Origin: Opitutus sp. GAS368
Lineage (GTDB): Bacteria; Verrucomicrobiota; Verrucomicrobiia; Opitutales; Opitutaceae
DNA: 64,000 bases
NCBI GenBank assembly: GCA_945861645.1
Contig: CAMAVZ010000003.1
Coordinates: 28,629-92,628, forward strand
Direction of reading: 5' to 3'
A program made the position numbers and the translations under genes. Below, in pieces: positions 47,477-56,387 of the stretch; positions within the stretch are counted from its first letter, which is position 1, and each line of letters starts with the position of its first letter. Below the pieces are notes generated by a model. That model ran no database searches and was not told the origin of the DNA. It saw only the letters and a list, made by a program, of their open reading frames with translations.

Positions 47477-48526
47477 TTACGGAGCTGCGGTCAAAGCCTG
47501 CTGGTAGGCCCAGAGCATCTTGTTGGCGACGTAGCGGTCGATGGCGGGATAGCCGTTCGTGACGGTGTCGCTTTCGTGGAGCAGTTCTAGGCCGTGGTCA
47601 GAGCGGAAAATTCCATCCCAGCCGATGGCGACGAGCGTGCGCATGACCTGGAGTAAATTAACGTTACCGGTTGGATCGGCATGATCCGCTTCGTGGAAGC
47701 GTTTTTCACCTGTGGTTTTAACGCTGCGCAAATGCATCCACGCAATGGAATCCTTAAATTCACGAATCATGCCAATGATATCGTTACTCGGCTCCGCCCC
47801 GTAGCTGCCGGTGCAGAAGCACAGCGCATTCGCGCGGTGCGGGTGTAGCGCGAGGAGTCGCCGAATCTGCGCGGCGTTGCCGAGGTACGCGGGTAGGCCC
47901 AAATAACCCCAGGGCGGATCATTGGGGTGGGCAGCTAAGCGCATGCTCCGCACGGCCGCGGCGGGAACGAGGGCATCGAGCACGTAGCGGGCATTTTTCC
48001 AGAAACCCTCTTCGCCACATTTCGCGTAGGCTTGTTGCAGTGCGCGAAAATCTTCGGCGCTGTAACGTTTCGACCAGCCCGGTAGAAAAAGTCCACGTGA
48101 TAAATCAATCCGGTCCATCGCAGCGTGATCATAGGCGAGGCCCCGCGTGCCGTTCGCATGAAGATGGGCCACGGCGGTCCGCCCCCAATCGAGCGGCATG
48201 AGATTATAGGTGATGATGATCTCGGGCTCGTCCGGGAAAACTTCCCGCAGGTGATCGAGGGTCTTAATATAATTTTCGATGTGCTCATCACGCTCGGGGC
48301 GGCCGAGCTTCATCGCATCAGTCCAAAAAACACTTTCGATCGGGCCAAGACGCAGTCCGTGTTCGGTCAGTTCCGTGCGCAGCAGTTGTAAATCCTCGCG
48401 GGACCAAGCTTCCCCCGGCGGAACATGCCCGAGATGAGTCACGACGAGGGGTCGCGGCATCATTTGGCGCAGCCAGACGAGTGGGACGCGATCGGAGTGA
48501 CCGTACCAGCGAAAGGAGGTTTGCAT
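47477..48526 (-). CDS. uxuA: Mannonate dehydratase family protein (divergent)
   Basis: FRWYG..D.V.L, IES, YN.MP.DW.RT, LPGW, HPNDPP, CTGSYG, HLRSV, RSDHG. Confidence 0.82.
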   Translation of the reverse strand: MQTSFRWYGHSDRVPLVWLRQMMPRPLVVTHLGHVPPGEAWSREDLQLLRTELTEHGLRLGPIESVFWTDAMKLGRPERDEHIENYIKTLDHLREVFPDEPEIIITYNLMPLDWGRTAVAHLHANGTRGLAYDHAAMDRIDLSRGLFLPGWSKRYSAEDFRALQQAYAKCGEEGFWKNARYVLDALVPAAAVRSMRLAAHPNDPPWGYLGLPAYLGNAAQIRRLLALHPHRANALCFCTGSYGAEPSNDIIGMIREFKDSIAWMHLRSVKTTGEKRFHEADHADPTGNVNLLQVMRTLVAIGWDGIFRSDHGLELLHESDTVTNGYPAIDRYVANKMLWAYQQALTAAP

Positions 48527-48581
48527 CAGAAAATTTCAGCGATGAGCCGGCGAAGAAATAAACTACTGAATGGTTTACTCA

Positions 48582-49217
48582 TTAAACTTTAGCGGCGGCG
48601 GCGACAAATTGCTGAGCGCGCGCCGTAATCGCGGGCCAATCGCGGGCCTTGAGCGCGGCGGCTGAGACGAGGGCGCTGCCGGCGGCAGTGGCGAAGGCTC
48701 CGGCTTGAAGAAATTCACCAACCGTCTCAGGCGTAACGCCGCCCGTGGGCATGACCTCGATCTGGGGGAACGGGGCTTTCACCGATTTAATATAAGTGGG
48801 GCCAAAAAATTCGGCGGGAAAAATTTTCACGATATCGACGCCGAGTTCCCACGAGGTATAAACTTCGGTCGGCGTGAGCGCGCCACCCAGGACCGGCACG
48901 CCCAGCTCCTTGCACACGGCGATGACTGCGGGGCGCACGGCGGGAGTGACAATAAATTTGGCGCCAGCGGCGATGCCGGCGCGGGCGGTGGCAGCGTCGA
49001 GCACCGTGCCCAGACCCAGTAGAATATGCGGCAGCTCGCGGGAAACTTGGGCGCACAGCTCAAGCGCGCCCGGAGTGGTCATGGTGAGTTCCAAGCAATT
49101 GAGCCCCCCGGCCGAGAGCGCACGCGCGCAGTCGAGCAGACTAGCTGGGCTATCGGCCCGAATGAGCGCGATGACTTTTTCCGCCTTAATTTTAGCGAGG
49201 ATTTCAGTTTTGTTCAT
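48582..49217 (-). CDS. eda: KDPG/KHG aldolase
   Basis: ELTMTTP, GLGTVL, GAKFIVTP, TPTE, KIFPA, MPTGGV. Confidence 0.93.
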   Translation of the reverse strand: MNKTEILAKIKAEKVIALIRADSPASLLDCARALSAGGLNCLELTMTTPGALELCAQVSRELPHILLGLGTVLDAATARAGIAAGAKFIVTPAVRPAVIAVCKELGVPVLGGALTPTEVYTSWELGVDIVKIFPAEFFGPTYIKSVKAPFPQIEVMPTGGVTPETVGEFLQAGAFATAAGSALVSAAALKARDWPAITARAQQFVAAAAKV

Positions 49218-49345
49218 GGAAGGAAGGGAGCGTGAGTCACGAAAATGGGGTGATGAATTAAAATTATGTCCACGACCATCAAGGCGCGGGCGGAGCGAGT
49301 TTGATCATGTTAACGGCGCGCTACTCAATCGTTGCGCCTGTCATA

Positions 49346-50641
49346 TCAGGCTCCACCCGCCCACTTCGGTTTCTGGCGCAGATGGTAGAGGCGTTCACCG
49401 GCCTTGGGTTCGTAGAAAATTCCTTCGGCCTCGCGATTGGCGTAGTCGGCCGGGTTAATCGTGCGCCAGTCGCGGTAGCCGAGATTAATTTTTTTGCACG
49501 TCGCTTCGGGGATCCCGGTGGCAAGGGTCACGCGGACGCGCGGGTTTTCGCGGCCCGTCTTTTCATCGTAGGTCCCGATGCCATGCACGTGGGTGGAGTG
49601 AGCCATGGTGCCCCACGGTTCAGCCTTAAATTTATCCCATTGTTTGAGGAAATATTGCACGCAGTGGTAGCCGAGGCGCTCGATCATCTGGCCGTGGACG
49701 AGGGAGATCTCGTGGATGTGCGGCGCGTAAATGATCAACTCCCCGCCGTCCGCCACGATGGGCTCGAGTTTGTACATGCATTTTCCGCCGACCCAGAGCT
49801 CATCATACATTTTCGGGGCGCACGATAGTACGGTATGAAAGGGGCGGTCTTTATAGGTGATGTGCAGCTCGCGGGAAAGTTCACTGGCGTCATCCCAGGC
49901 TTGTTCCGGCGTGCCCGCGAAGAGGCCCGCGAGTTCGCCGTGACCGTGTACCACTAAACAAAAGCAGAGCTTGGGGACGGTGACCATGGCGCCCGCGCGA
50001 TCGACTACTTTGCGGACGGCAGTCCATTTATTGCCGATGATCATCGGGTTGGTGACGACGGCGCCGAGCCAATGGAAGAAATTTAAAATGCCGGGGCCCG
50101 CGACCCCCGGGAAAAGATATTTATTGCCGCCAGAAAAACCGACAACTTCGTGGGGGAAGACGGGACCACAAATAATGATTTGGTCGTAGTCGAAAAGGCT
50201 TCGGTTGATGTGCACCGGTACATCCATGGCGAAGAGGCCACCGGAGAGAGTCTTAATGTCCTCGGCGGGGATTGAGCCGAGGTCGCGGAGAGCCGCGGGG
50301 TTGTCCCATTCGTGATTAATGAATTCTACGCTTTGATAAGTAGACGCGCGTTCCGCGGCCGTAATTTCCACGCGTTCATTGATCGCCTCCTCGGTCATCG
50401 CGGGGTGGGTACCGAGCGCGAGCATGACATCAAATTTTTTGGCGACGCCCGCGATTTGGTTAAAAAGCGTTTTGAACATTAAGCCAACGGGCGCGGTGCG
50501 GGTGGCATCGGGGATGATGAGGACAATTCGTTGGCCGCGGTAGTTGGCTGCCGGGCAGGCCGATTGGACGAAGGCGCGCACTTGCTCAGCGGTGAGCGCT
50601 TGGCCGGTCGGCGCGAGGGAGCGATAGGGAGCGAGGGCCAT
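49346..50641 (-). CDS. LarA-family (nickel-pincer nucleotide dependent) alpha-hydroxyacid racemase/epimerase
   Basis: IPDATR, ALGTH, FPHEVVGFSGGNKYLFPG, FHW and GGK correspond to the LarA Asp/Arg, His, His...Lys, His and Lys catalytic/cofactor positions. Start set at ATG 50641. Confidence 0.88.
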   Translation of the reverse strand: MALAPYRSLAPTGQALTAEQVRAFVQSACPAANYRGQRIVLIIPDATRTAPVGLMFKTLFNQIAGVAKKFDVMLALGTHPAMTEEAINERVEITAAERASTYQSVEFINHEWDNPAALRDLGSIPAEDIKTLSGGLFAMDVPVHINRSLFDYDQIIICGPVFPHEVVGFSGGNKYLFPGVAGPGILNFFHWLGAVVTNPMIIGNKWTAVRKVVDRAGAMVTVPKLCFCLVVHGHGELAGLFAGTPEQAWDDASELSRELHITYKDRPFHTVLSCAPKMYDELWVGGKCMYKLEPIVADGGELIIYAPHIHEISLVHGQMIERLGYHCVQYFLKQWDKFKAEPWGTMAHSTHVHGIGTYDEKTGRENPRVRVTLATGIPEATCKKINLGYRDWRTINPADYANREAEGIFYEPKAGERLYHLRQKPKWAGGA

Positions 50642-50942
50642 GGGCAAAAAAGGAGTGCGGCAGTGGGCCACCCGCGCGGGCGTAAGCGAATTTAGCGCAA
50701 CGACCCTCAGGGCCAACCAACCGTGCCGCCATCCCCGCAAGATCAAATCTGGATTACAAGTTCATTAGCGTTGAGTGGGCGGTCGCTCGCGGCGCAATGA
50801 GTCCGCCCATTTTAAAATTTCTGCTGAGGTTAGCCGCTAAAAGAGCCGTCGCTACCCGCGATTAGGCTCGGGCAGCGTTATCGCGTTAAGCAAAAGGATC
50901 CTTTCCGGCGGCCCCATTTGCCTTATACTAAAACCATATATT

Positions 50943-51773
50943 ATGCATATTCATGATACCAGTACCGCGAGCATCGCCGCTACCTTGCCCACGGAGGTAT
51001 TGCGCGCCGAGTTTCTCCTCAGCAATTTATTTGAGGTCGGCGCGGCTAATTTCCATTATTGGACGACGGATCGCACCATTGTGGGGGCAATTGTGCCGGG
51101 CGCAACCGCGCTCGAGCTGCCTAATCCTCCCGAGGTGCGGAGCACTTTTTTTCTCGAGCGACGGGAAGCGGGCGTGATCAATCTCGGCGGTCCGGGCACA
51201 ATTACAGTCGACGGGGTCATCCAAACCCTCGCGTCGCTCGATGGTCTTTATCTGGGGCGCGGGACCAAGATTGTTTCTTTTGCTTCGGGCTCGGCTGAGC
51301 AGCCGGCTCGTTTCTATTTCCTCTCTTATCCGGCGCACGCGGTTTACCCAGTGAGACACGTCGCTTTTCAAGCCGCCACGCCGGCTCGATTGGGAGCTGC
51401 CGTCACGGCGAATGATCGTACGATCTATAAATATTTTCATCCGGGCGCATTTCCAACCTGTCAGTTGGTCATGGGCTTCACGCGACTCGAGCCGGGCAGT
51501 GTGTGGAACACGATGCCGCCCCACACGCACTTGCGGCGCTCGGAGGTTTATTGTTATTTCCAGGTGCCAGCGGCTCAGGCCGTCTTCCATTTCATGGGCG
51601 CGCCGGCCACGACGCGTCACTTGGTCGTGCGCGATCTCGAGGCGGTCCTGTCACCGCCGTGGTCGATTCACAGTGGTGTCGGGACTGCCGCCTATAGTTT
51701 TGTCTGGGGCATGGGTGGGGAAAACCAAGAATTTGCCGACATGGATCCGGCCCCGGTGGCTAGCCTGAGCTAA
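50943..51773 (+). CDS. kduI: 5-dehydro-4-deoxy-D-glucuronate isomerase
   Basis: LRAEFL, FFLERREAGVINLGG, CQLVMG.T.L.PGSVWNTMPPHTH.RRSEVY, SPPWSIHSG, WGMGGENQ. Confidence 0.95.
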   Translation: MHIHDTSTASIAATLPTEVLRAEFLLSNLFEVGAANFHYWTTDRTIVGAIVPGATALELPNPPEVRSTFFLERREAGVINLGGPGTITVDGVIQTLASLDGLYLGRGTKIVSFASGSAEQPARFYFLSYPAHAVYPVRHVAFQAATPARLGAAVTANDRTIYKYFHPGAFPTCQLVMGFTRLEPGSVWNTMPPHTHLRRSEVYCYFQVPAAQAVFHFMGAPATTRHLVVRDLEAVLSPPWSIHSGVGTAAYSFVWGMGGENQEFADMDPAPVASLS

Positions 51774-51776
51774 CTC

Positions 51777-52544
51777 GTGAGCTCGATTCTTGATCGCTTT
51801 CGTCTCGACGGTAAAGTTGCGATTGTGACTGGGGCCTCGCGCGGCCTCGGTGCGGCGATGGCGCAAGCGCTGGCGGAAGCGGGGGCTGATCTGGTCCTGG
51901 TTGCCCGCGGGGATATGGCCGCGCTGGAAAAATCCATCGCCGCCCTCGGCCGCCGGAGTATCACGGTCGCAGCGGATGTCGCGGCGCCGACTGCGGCCGC
52001 TAAAATTATGGCCGCCGCAGTGGCCGCTTTTGGGCGGGCGGATATTTTGGTGAACAACGCCGGCATTATTCGTCGCGCCGGTTTTCTTGATTTTACCGAA
52101 CAGGATTGGCAGGAAGTGCTGGATGTTAATTTGAGCGGAGCCTTTCGACTGAGTCAGCATTTTGCGCGCGCGATTGTAGCGCGAAAAGGCACGGGCAAAA
52201 TTATCCACCTCGCCTCCATGCTATCCTTTCAAGGTGGGCTCCGCGTGGCTTCTTACACGGCGGCTAAAAGTGGTCTGAATGGTCTGACTAAACTCATGGC
52301 CAACGAGCTCGCGCCCCTGGGCATTAACGTCAATGCCATCGCCCCGGGTTATATGATCACGGACAACACGGCGGCCATACGCGCCGATGCCGCCCGCAAT
52401 CAGTCTATTCTTGATCGTATTCCCGCCGCGCGCTGGGGGGCCCCGGCTGATTTGGCGGGAGCGGTCGTTTTTCTAGCCTCACCGGCAGCAGATTATATGC
52501 ATGGCCACACGCTGGCGGTCGATGGGGGTTGGTTGGCCCGTTAA
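51777..52544 (+). CDS. kduD: 2-dehydro-3-deoxy-D-gluconate 5-dehydrogenase (SDR)
   Basis: TGASRGLG, NNAGIIRR, ASMLSFQGG, YTAAK, RIPAARWG, VDGGWLAR; follows kduI. Confidence 0.92.
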   Translation: MSSILDRFRLDGKVAIVTGASRGLGAAMAQALAEAGADLVLVARGDMAALEKSIAALGRRSITVAADVAAPTAAAKIMAAAVAAFGRADILVNNAGIIRRAGFLDFTEQDWQEVLDVNLSGAFRLSQHFARAIVARKGTGKIIHLASMLSFQGGLRVASYTAAKSGLNGLTKLMANELAPLGINVNAIAPGYMITDNTAAIRADAARNQSILDRIPAARWGAPADLAGAVVFLASPAADYMHGHTLAVDGGWLAR

Positions 52545-52550
52545 TTTTCT

Positions 52551-53771
52551 ATGAAAAAAACATTCTGTCGCTGGGCGCCGTTTATTTTGGCCATCACGCT
52601 GGCGGTCGCCGCGAGTGCTCTGACGGTCACCGTCACACAGCAACTCCCTGTAGCGCGCCCCGCGGAAACGATTACGGTGCCGTGGGCCGACGTGGCGCGC
52701 GCCTTGCCCGGCGCCTTGTTGCAGCAGCTCGCGGTTAAGGATGCGACCGGTCGCGGCTTGCCTTATCAAGTGACGAATATTGCGCCTCAAGCCAAGGATC
52801 CCAGTGGCGCGGGCGTCGCTTACGGGGAGCTAATTTTCCAGCATGATTTTGCGGCGGGCGAAAAATCTGCTACCTTCACGATCGAAAAAATTTCTACGGT
52901 CGCCCCCGTATTTCCGGCGCAGGTTTCTGCGCGTTATGTACCGGAGCGGCTCGATGATTTTGGCTGGGAGAATGACAAGATTGGGCATCGTACCTACGGA
53001 CCCGCGCTCGCGGCGCCCGCGCAGCCGGGCATTAATAAAGAAGTGTTAGTCACGAGCGGCCTCGATGTATGGTGTAAGCGGGTCAGCTATCCCATTGTCG
53101 ATCGTTGGTACAATAAAGGCCACGATCACTATCATAAAGATGAGGGCGAAGGCATGGATATGTACCAAGTGGGGGCTTCCCGCGGCTGCGGCGGCACGGG
53201 GGTTTGGATTAATCAGCAGTTATATGTCAGCCGGAATTATAAATCTTGGAAGGTCATCGCCAATGGTCCGATCCGGGCAATTTTTGAATTAACTTATGAG
53301 GCGTGGCCCGCGGGAGGCTTGATGGTCTCCGAGGTCAAACGCTTCACGGTCGATGCCGGTCATAATCTAGACCAGATTGAGAGCACCTTCACGGTGACCG
53401 GAGCAAAGGAAATCACCGTGGGTATCGGTCTGAATAAGACCCCCACCGACAAGGGCCAGGAACCGCAGGTCACCCTCACGCCCAATCCGGCAGACGGGAG
53501 CTTCACCCAGTGGATCGTCCAAAAAACTAACGGGTCGCTCGGCACGGCGGTCATCGTGCCTGCCGGGTTCCTCGGTTGGGCTGAGGACGAGCGCAATCAC
53601 CTGCTGCTCGCAAAGGTCGCGACCGGTCAGCCGCTGCGATATTATGCCGGGGCCGGCTGGTCTAAGGCCGGTGAATTCTCTACCCCGCAGGCTTGGAACG
53701 ATTATGTGGCCGCTTGGGCGGCACGTGCGGCTTGGCCCGTGCAAATTGCCCTCAGCCCCGCTAACAATTAA
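52551..53771 (+). CDS. DUF4861 family exported protein
   Basis: RYVPERLDDFGWENDKIGHRTYGP, SGLDVWCKR, YHKDEGEGMDMY.VG.S.G.GG, GPIR, YYAGAGWSK. Confidence 0.82.
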   Translation: MKKTFCRWAPFILAITLAVAASALTVTVTQQLPVARPAETITVPWADVARALPGALLQQLAVKDATGRGLPYQVTNIAPQAKDPSGAGVAYGELIFQHDFAAGEKSATFTIEKISTVAPVFPAQVSARYVPERLDDFGWENDKIGHRTYGPALAAPAQPGINKEVLVTSGLDVWCKRVSYPIVDRWYNKGHDHYHKDEGEGMDMYQVGASRGCGGTGVWINQQLYVSRNYKSWKVIANGPIRAIFELTYEAWPAGGLMVSEVKRFTVDAGHNLDQIESTFTVTGAKEITVGIGLNKTPTDKGQEPQVTLTPNPADGSFTQWIVQKTNGSLGTAVIVPAGFLGWAEDERNHLLLAKVATGQPLRYYAGAGWSKAGEFSTPQAWNDYVAAWAARAAWPVQIALSPANN

Positions 53772-53801
53772 GTCCAAGGTCCGCCTCAACCCCTGCGCTT
53801 C

Positions 53802-55142
53802 ATGACCACTATGGCTCCGTCCCCCTCCAGTCCCGTGATCGGCCGATACCGCTGGCGCATCTGCGCCGTGCTCTTCATGGCCACCACCATCAACTACATC
53901 GACCGGAATGTCTTCTCGTTTACGATGCTAGACCCCATCTTTCGTCACCAGATGCTGGGCATCCCGCTTGAAGTGCCCCTGACTGAGGCGGACATGGCGC
54001 TGTTCCGGGAGAAGATGAGCTTCTTGGATTCGATCTTCAAATACTGTTACGCCTTCGGCTTCTTGCTGGCCGGCTATATGATCGACCGCATCGGTATCCG
54101 CCGCGGCTATGCTGCTGGTATCACTGGTTGGAGCTTCGCGGCCGTCGGCCATGGCCTCGCGAGTTCCGTGCCCGGCATGGCCTGGGCGCGCGGTCTGCTG
54201 GGGGTCGGCGAGGCGTGCAATTTTCCCGCCGCCATTAAAACTGTGTCCGAGTGGTTCCCCAAAAAGGAGCGCAGCTTTGCCACCGGCGTCTTCAACGCTG
54301 GCGCGAATGTCGGCATCATCCTCACCGCTATTTTCGTGCCGCTGATCATCGCCCAGTGGGGCTGGCGGGCTAGTTTCATCCTCACCGGCGCCGTCGGCAT
54401 CCTCGTGCTCTTTTGGTGGCTGGCCGATTACCGCAAGCCTCATGAGCACCCCAAGGTCACGCCCGCCGAGCTCGCTCACATTCAGCAAGACGGAGCGCTC
54501 GACACCGAGCAGCCAGTCAAGTGGCGCGAGCTGATCCGGTACCGCGCAACTTGGGCGTTCGCGATTCCGAAATTTATGACCGACGCCATCTGGTGGTTCT
54601 ACCTGACGTGGTTGCCCACTTTCTTCAACAGTAACCCCGAGTTCACGACCAAGGTAGATTTGAAGCAAGTCGGTCTCCCGTTTCTTGTTATTTATTTAGT
54701 CTCGGACGGCGGCAGCATCTTCTTCGGCTGGCTGGCCACGAAATTCATCAGCCTCGGCTGGAGCGTGAATAAGGCCCGCAAGACCACCATGTTCATCTGC
54801 GCCGTCTCCGTTGTGCCCATCATCTTTGCTTCGATCACCAGCAGCCTTTGGGTCGCGATTGCCCTCATCGCCCTCGCTACCGCGGCGCACCAAGGCTGGA
54901 GCGCTAATCTCTTCACGACCGTTTCCGACCAGTTTCCCCGCCGCGCGGTGGGTAGCGTGGTCGGCATCGGTGGCCTCGCTGGTGGCCTCGGCGGTGCACT
55001 GCTTGCCGCCAAGGTCGGGTTCATCATCAACACCGGTGGCTACGTGCCGCTTTTCGCCATCGCGGCTTCCGCCTACCTCCTCGCTTTACTTGTTTTGCAG
55101 ACTCTGTCGCCCAAGCTGGAAGCAGTCCGACTGGCGGAGTGA
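53802..55142 (+). CDS. exuT: MFS hexuronate transporter (ExuT-like)
   Basis: RYRW.I...LF.ATTINYIDR, GEA.NFPAAIK.VSEWFPKKER, WWFYL.WLP, AHQGWSANLFT. Confidence 0.88.
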   Translation: MTTMAPSPSSPVIGRYRWRICAVLFMATTINYIDRNVFSFTMLDPIFRHQMLGIPLEVPLTEADMALFREKMSFLDSIFKYCYAFGFLLAGYMIDRIGIRRGYAAGITGWSFAAVGHGLASSVPGMAWARGLLGVGEACNFPAAIKTVSEWFPKKERSFATGVFNAGANVGIILTAIFVPLIIAQWGWRASFILTGAVGILVLFWWLADYRKPHEHPKVTPAELAHIQQDGALDTEQPVKWRELIRYRATWAFAIPKFMTDAIWWFYLTWLPTFFNSNPEFTTKVDLKQVGLPFLVIYLVSDGGSIFFGWLATKFISLGWSVNKARKTTMFICAVSVVPIIFASITSSLWVAIALIALATAAHQGWSANLFTTVSDQFPRRAVGSVVGIGGLAGGLGGALLAAKVGFIINTGGYVPLFAIAASAYLLALLVLQTLSPKLEAVRLAE

Positions 55143-55222
55143 TCCCAGACCTATTTACCCGCGGGGATTAATATGCACGTACGCGCAGCTAAATTTAAAC
55201 TGATTGAGCTAAAGGGAGTCTG

Positions 55223-56281
55223 ATGCAGCGGTCCGGCGTTCTCTGTCTGCTGGCGATCGGTGTCGTCACGACGGCCGGGGCAGAAGTGCGTTGGGCTGAC
55301 ATTAATCGCCAGCCCCCGGCCTGGTACGCTGGTTCGGCGGCGCACGTCATCGCTACGCACGTCCTTAGTTATCAGGCCCCGAGTGGCGGTTGGCCAAAAA
55401 ATATCGATATGACGCAACCGCTGTCTGCAGAATATTTGGCGGCCAAAGGATCCGCGGCACAGGCGGCGACCATTGATAATCATGCGACGACAACGCAGCT
55501 CAATTTTTTGGCCAAGGTCGTGGCCGCGACGGGTGATCTCACCTTTCGAGCGGCGTATGAGCAGGGCCTCGATTATTTGCTCACCGCGCAGTATCCGTCC
55601 GGCGGTTGGCCACAATTTTACCCGCTGCGGGCTGGTTACTATGCGCACATCACCTATAATGATAACGCGATGGTGAATGTGCTCGAGTGTTTGCGGGCTG
55701 TCGCCAGGCACAGCGGACCGAACGCCTTGGTTGATGCTCGACGTCAGGCGCGCGTGGCGGCCGCGGTTGAGCAGGGCATCGCTTGTCTGTTGCGAACCCA
55801 AGTACGTCAGGCGGGCAAGCTCACCGCTTGGGCGGCACAACATGATGAAGTCACCTTCGCGCCGGCCGGGGCGCGCAATTTTGAGCCGCCAGCCCTCACC
55901 GCTAATGAAAGTGTGGGGATTGTTAGATTTCTACTCGCGGTGCAGCGGCCCAGTCCGGCCATCGTGGCGGCGATCGAGGGCGCCGTGGCATGGTTGGAGT
56001 CAGTAAAAATTTCTGGTTACCGCCTTGACGATACCCCCGGCGCGGATGGTCGAAATGATCGCCACGTCGTGGCGGACCCAGCGGCGCCCCCGCTGTGGGC
56101 GCGCTTTTACGAGCTTGGCACCAATCAGCCGATTTTTGTCGGGCGCGATAAAATCGTGCATTACGATTATAATGAAATCGAGCGTGAGCGGCGCGTGGGT
56201 TATGATTATCTAGGAAATTGGCCGGCTAGGCTCCTCGCCCAAGATTATGTTGGCTGGCGGGCGCAGCAGTTTCGGCCCTGA
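55223..56281 (+). CDS. pelA: Pectate lyase, PL10 family
   Basis: Q..SGGWPKN, TIDNHAT, GGWPQFYP, ITYNDNAM, WAAQHDE, AR.FEP, WARFY, ERR.GY; signal peptide. Confidence 0.92.
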   Translation: MQRSGVLCLLAIGVVTTAGAEVRWADINRQPPAWYAGSAAHVIATHVLSYQAPSGGWPKNIDMTQPLSAEYLAAKGSAAQAATIDNHATTTQLNFLAKVVAATGDLTFRAAYEQGLDYLLTAQYPSGGWPQFYPLRAGYYAHITYNDNAMVNVLECLRAVARHSGPNALVDARRQARVAAAVEQGIACLLRTQVRQAGKLTAWAAQHDEVTFAPAGARNFEPPALTANESVGIVRFLLAVQRPSPAIVAAIEGAVAWLESVKISGYRLDDTPGADGRNDRHVVADPAAPPLWARFYELGTNQPIFVGRDKIVHYDYNEIERERRVGYDYLGNWPARLLAQDYVGWRAQQFRP

Positions 56282-56387
56282 AGCACTCGGGCCCCTGCGC
56301 GGGGGCGCTGCTGGGTCGCAGGTTAAATTATCGCTTGGCGCAAATTATGTGCTGACCTTCGCTGCGGATTGGATAAATAAATATCCG

